Origin: Klebsormidium nitens
Lineage: Eukaryota > Plantae > Klebsormidiophyceae
Assembly (NCBI GenBank): GCA_000708835.1
Contig: DF237133.1
Span: 93,215 to 157,214 of the forward strand
Length of the DNA: 64,000 bases
Reading direction: 5' to 3'
Under the pieces are notes generated by a model. It was not told the origin of the DNA. It saw only the letters and a list, made by a program, of their open reading frames with translations, and did no database searches. Position 1 is the stretch's first letter. Every line of letters starts with the position of its first letter. Below are positions 60,537 through 64,000 of this stretch, piece by piece. The position numbers were made by a program, and so were the translations under genes.

Positions 60537-62536
60537 TCAGAAAAGAAATGGAAGAATGTTTTTCCTGTCCTCGGGAAACCCGTCGACCTTCTTGAGGTAC
60601 CAGTTTCTGGTAGCCACACTTCTACCCGACAGGTACCCAGTGGTGAACGCAAACCAACCAAATGCGTAGAAAGTCTGCGAGGCCAGTGCCATACCAAGAA
60701 AATCAACGATTTCGAAGAAGTAGTGGGGGCAAGTGACTAGCCCGAACAGGCCCCCCTGCGGTACCTGATACCCCCCATCCTTGTCCTTTCGCAGGCCTGC
60801 TAATATCCAATGGTGGTATAGGTTTCCAAGAACGCCTACTGTGAAAATTCCCACCCCCAAGGTGGTCAGATCCAAGGATGGTGCAGGGGAGTTTGTGCAA
60901 ACATAGTTCTGGACGTATAGCAAGGCGAAGGTGTTGAACGCGTAAGTGGAGCTGATGAAGATCGACGTGACCACGTCCTGCTTGCCTGAGAACCTGCATA
61001 ATCCGGAGTACGCTGTTTCAGCTCAACGTGCATGATTTGCAAGGTGCATGTTATCCACTGATGCTCTGACCAGTCCAGTATCCGAAGTTTCAACCTAAGA
61101 TACTTCAAGCCTCTACGCAGCAACCAGGTTTTAGCCAGAAGCTTGACGATCTGACTCTTGTTGAATGCATCAAAATCTAGATGCTGTGTCCGGAATCTGA
61201 CTGTTATATGATGCTTGGGGGCTGCGACCATGGTCAAGTTGACTAAACCTACTGGTCCATGGATTGCAAACCTGATACCTTGCTTCTAGTGTGAACTATT
61301 AAACATGTGTCTTGGTCAATCACAACCTTGATGAGCAAAGGTTGCAACCACACACGGCACTACAGAATATCAAAGGTCTACTTGCACCAAGCGGTTGCCA
61401 GGTGCAGTGAAAATTGGAGGTATCAGGACTCTGCAATGATCTACTGTGGCACAAGGCAAATTTACATGCGAGCACCCCGGGCTTTTTACTGTAAGACAAG
61501 GCACAGTCACATGCAAGCGCACTCTGCTCTTCCGCATCTAGACAACTCCCTAACAAGTGGTCAATAACGTGCAGACTTCTGATTGGTGACTTCTGTGGTC
61601 AGAAGATTGGCAGGTCCATCTGGCCAGTTTCACAGTGGAAGTGACAGTGCCTGCAACCACTTGCAACCATGTTTCTGATCACAGTGGAGGCAACACTCCT
61701 CTAGGCTGGATGCCAGTAGAAAAGCCCGGGACAACCACCTTGATGCCTCACAAAAGACGTTTATCCGTCAACACATTTGTCCAGATCTGTTCGGATGCGG
61801 GCCCAGAATACAGGGCCTTTAGGCCTAACGAACGAATGTCTCTGACCTGGCTAGCTGCGCATGTTGACGCACCACCGATGCAGTGTCAACATCTCCAAGC
61901 GACAACTCACTTGTGCAAAAAGAGGACCTCGAGCACCCGCTTCCAGAAGTGCACCACCAGGAGGCACCCCACCAACTGGACTCTCTCCAGATTGTCTGCA
62001 TCTCCCATGGTCAGGAGCCACCACAGCGCAACTAGAGCTGCGGGGAAATAAAGCAGGAACATGCCCCACTTTGAGGGCATTTGCAGCTTCTTGCTCCCCT
62101 GGGCAAACTTGGAGTACCCCATGTTCTGGCCAGATGTTTCCAGTTTGTAGGCATTAAGGGAAGCAAAAACGCTGCTAAGTGGGAGCGCAACGTTCCAGAA
62201 ATATTCTGTCCCGACCGGGTAGAAAAATGTCTCCATGGCCGAGGTGGCGGCGGTTACTGCGTCAATCGTCATGGCTTGGATTGCACCTTTCCTTTGCGAT
62301 GAGCGGGGTTGTACAGTTCCACTAAACGAAGTGCTTGGTAAGGACGTGCCAAAAAGGGCCTTTTTGCTGCCGCATTGATCAGCGAGCGGAAGCCGGCGCA
62401 GACAATCAGCTTGCTTTGCAAAGACAATGCACGGCAATCTCCTGACGTCTCCCTTCTCCAATGCTTCAGGCAATCTGGAACCTCCAAGACAAGGCTGCAG
62501 ACGAACCCTTGCTGGATTTAGTGTCGCAGCAGCCAT
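60537..62536 (-). CDS. 3-oxo-5-alpha-steroid 4-dehydrogenase / enoyl-reductase family membrane protein (At5g16010-like), 2 exons (62536-61911, 60993-60537), 360 aa
   Basis: MGYSKF, GMFLLYFPA, HFWKRVLEVLFLHKFSG, GNLYHHWILAGLR, YQVPQGGLFGLVTCPHYFFEI, GRSVATRNWY, FPEDRKNILPFLF*. Phase-2 intron CACAA|GTGAG ... ATGCAG|G. Confidence 0.93.
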
Positions 62537-62974
62537 GGCCCGTCTGCTCCTGAAGGCTGAAGACAAGCCTGATTTGCTAGGAGTCGGACTCTCTCCCAGA
62601 GGCTGTGTGGCAGCTGGCGGCTGTACCTGGCGCCATGGCGGGCGGGCGACGTGGCAGCATTCAAGTCGACCCCCAATATTGCAGGTTTGTAGTACGGCGC
62701 GGAACTCAGTGTCTGACCACACGCGGACAAGAATGCGCGAGTCGTTCAGCAAGCCAAATGAAGTTCGGTGTTAAATTTAGGCGAATCACAGCGCGCCACG
62801 TCATACCCCCCAAAGCCCAAAGGTGTGATGTTGTCCGGGAGGGTCGTACCAGGGGTCGAAACCTGAGGTCGGAGCCGGTACGGACCCAAATGGTACCAAT
62901 CCGATCACCGGGGCACTCCAATGCAATGCCTGTTCCCGCACAGGCCTAAGTAGGGTACTTAAGGGAGAATTTAA

Positions 62975-63295
62975 TCTTCTCCAACGAGTTAATTACAATA
63001 TTGCATCTTTTGCAGGTATGGCCTTACATACATACATATCACTGATTGGGAACCAACGGGAAAACTCTGCACTACTAATCTGTTATATTCTCTTCTCCAA
63101 AAAGTCAATTACAAGATTGCATCTTTTTCGGGTATGGCCTTACATACATACATATTGCTACTTGGGAAGCTAAGGGAAAACTCTGTACTACTAATCTGTT
63201 ATAATTCCTTCCCCGGAGAAGAAAAAAAATATAACACATTGTAGTACGAGAGTTTGGAACCCTTCGGGAGCTTGCTAATATGTATGTATGTAAGG
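62975..63295. repeat. Two ~116-bp direct repeats followed by an inverted partial third copy (foldback)
   Basis: The TCTTCTCCAA...GGTATGGCCTTACATACATACATAT...ACTACTAATCTGTTATA unit occurs at 62975 and 63091. Positions 63230-63295 are the reverse complement of the unit's last ~65 nt. Confidence 0.85.
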
Positions 63296-63562
63296 TCCCT
63301 TTGGAGGCAAAACTGGGGCGAGGGGGCCCCGCCTATACTAAGGTCGCCCCTTACCTTTCCCCTACGTGCTTGCCGGTTTTTGGAAGTGCTACTCCTGGAA
63401 ATGAGGGCCGACGACCCCCAGAAAAGCCTTTTATACTGGCGAATTTGGGCGCATCTGGCATTGAATTGGCTATATGCTGCCATTCAGCGCCACCAATTTT
63501 TAACCGGAGTTTGCGGCACACGGCGTCCCGAGTTGGCCGCATTATCCGCAGCGAAGTTGCAC

Positions 63563-63821
63563 TGTGCGGTGCGGCTCGGGTGGGTTCGGTGCGGTGCGGT
63601 GAGCCGCGGTGCCGACCAGTGCGAGCGGTGCCACGTGTACACTGTGCACCGATCGGCGCGGTGCGGTGTAGTGCGGTGCGGTGAGGTGCTTTGCGAACTG
63701 GCGCCACGTTTGCAGTGTGCACCGATCGGTGCGGGGCGGTGCGGTGCGGTGTGTATCCAAGATTTGCCAGCCAAATATTGTCCAGCCATATTGTCCAGCC
63801 ATATTGTCCAGCCAAATATTG
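63563..63821. repeat. (GCGGT)n-rich duplicated block plus a 13/15-mer tandem repeat (TCCAGCCA[AA]TATTG x4), resembling a DNA-transposon subterminal region
   Basis: Repeated GCGGTGCGGT; GCCACGT...GTGCACCGATCGG..GCGG duplicated (~63628 and ~63702); tandem units at 63766-63821. Confidence 0.75.
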
Positions 63822-64000
63822 CCGCGAGAGGGTCACCTGTCCAACCCGTTTTTCCTGTCCTCATGTCGATTCACGCGGTCAATCACAAAAATCACCATAT
63901 ATCGGGTGAAATGGTCAAACATAAGCGGGGACACAAGATTCACTTGTCCGTCCTGTCCTCCTTTCGACTCGCTCTGTTCGTAATATTCGAACATTCTACA

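Overview
Intron-rich, GC-rich eukaryotic nuclear DNA. Gene content, land-plant-like intron positions and codon style point to a streptophyte green alga, Klebsormidium-like (inference). I assembled gene models by hand from GT/GC-AG sites and phase arithmetic. In order: a 5-TM protein of unknown family (-), a secreted beta-rich orphan protein (-), GH27 alpha-galactosidase (+, 14 exons), an intronless F-box/LRR gene (-), VARICOSE/EDC4 (+, 13 exons, one GC-AG intron), an SLC35B1/UTR1-UTR3-like nucleotide-sugar transporter with a long N-terminal extension (+), a MAPKKK-derived pseudokinase with an unknown N-terminal domain (-), a long disordered protein ending in an SVBP-like helix (-), CAT9-like cationic amino-acid transporter (+), a RING-CH protein (-) and a steroid-5-alpha-reductase-family protein with a transit-peptide-like N-terminus (-). 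Non-coding features are a MITE-like inverted-repeat element carrying telo-box motifs, a (TGGGGTC)13 satellite, hairpins flanking a 20-N gap, and foldback and subterminal-type repeats at the right end. Top leads: (1) the pseudokinase has MLKL-like substitutions (HGD-IR, KLAGF) behind a helical N-terminal domain; (2) an SVBP (vasohibin cofactor)-like motif is fused to a ~600-aa basic disordered region; (3) three genes carry intronic 'echo' duplications of exon edges that keep intact splice sites. No rRNA, tRNA or CRISPR was recognised. All family calls come from motif recognition and recalled sequences, not database searches.
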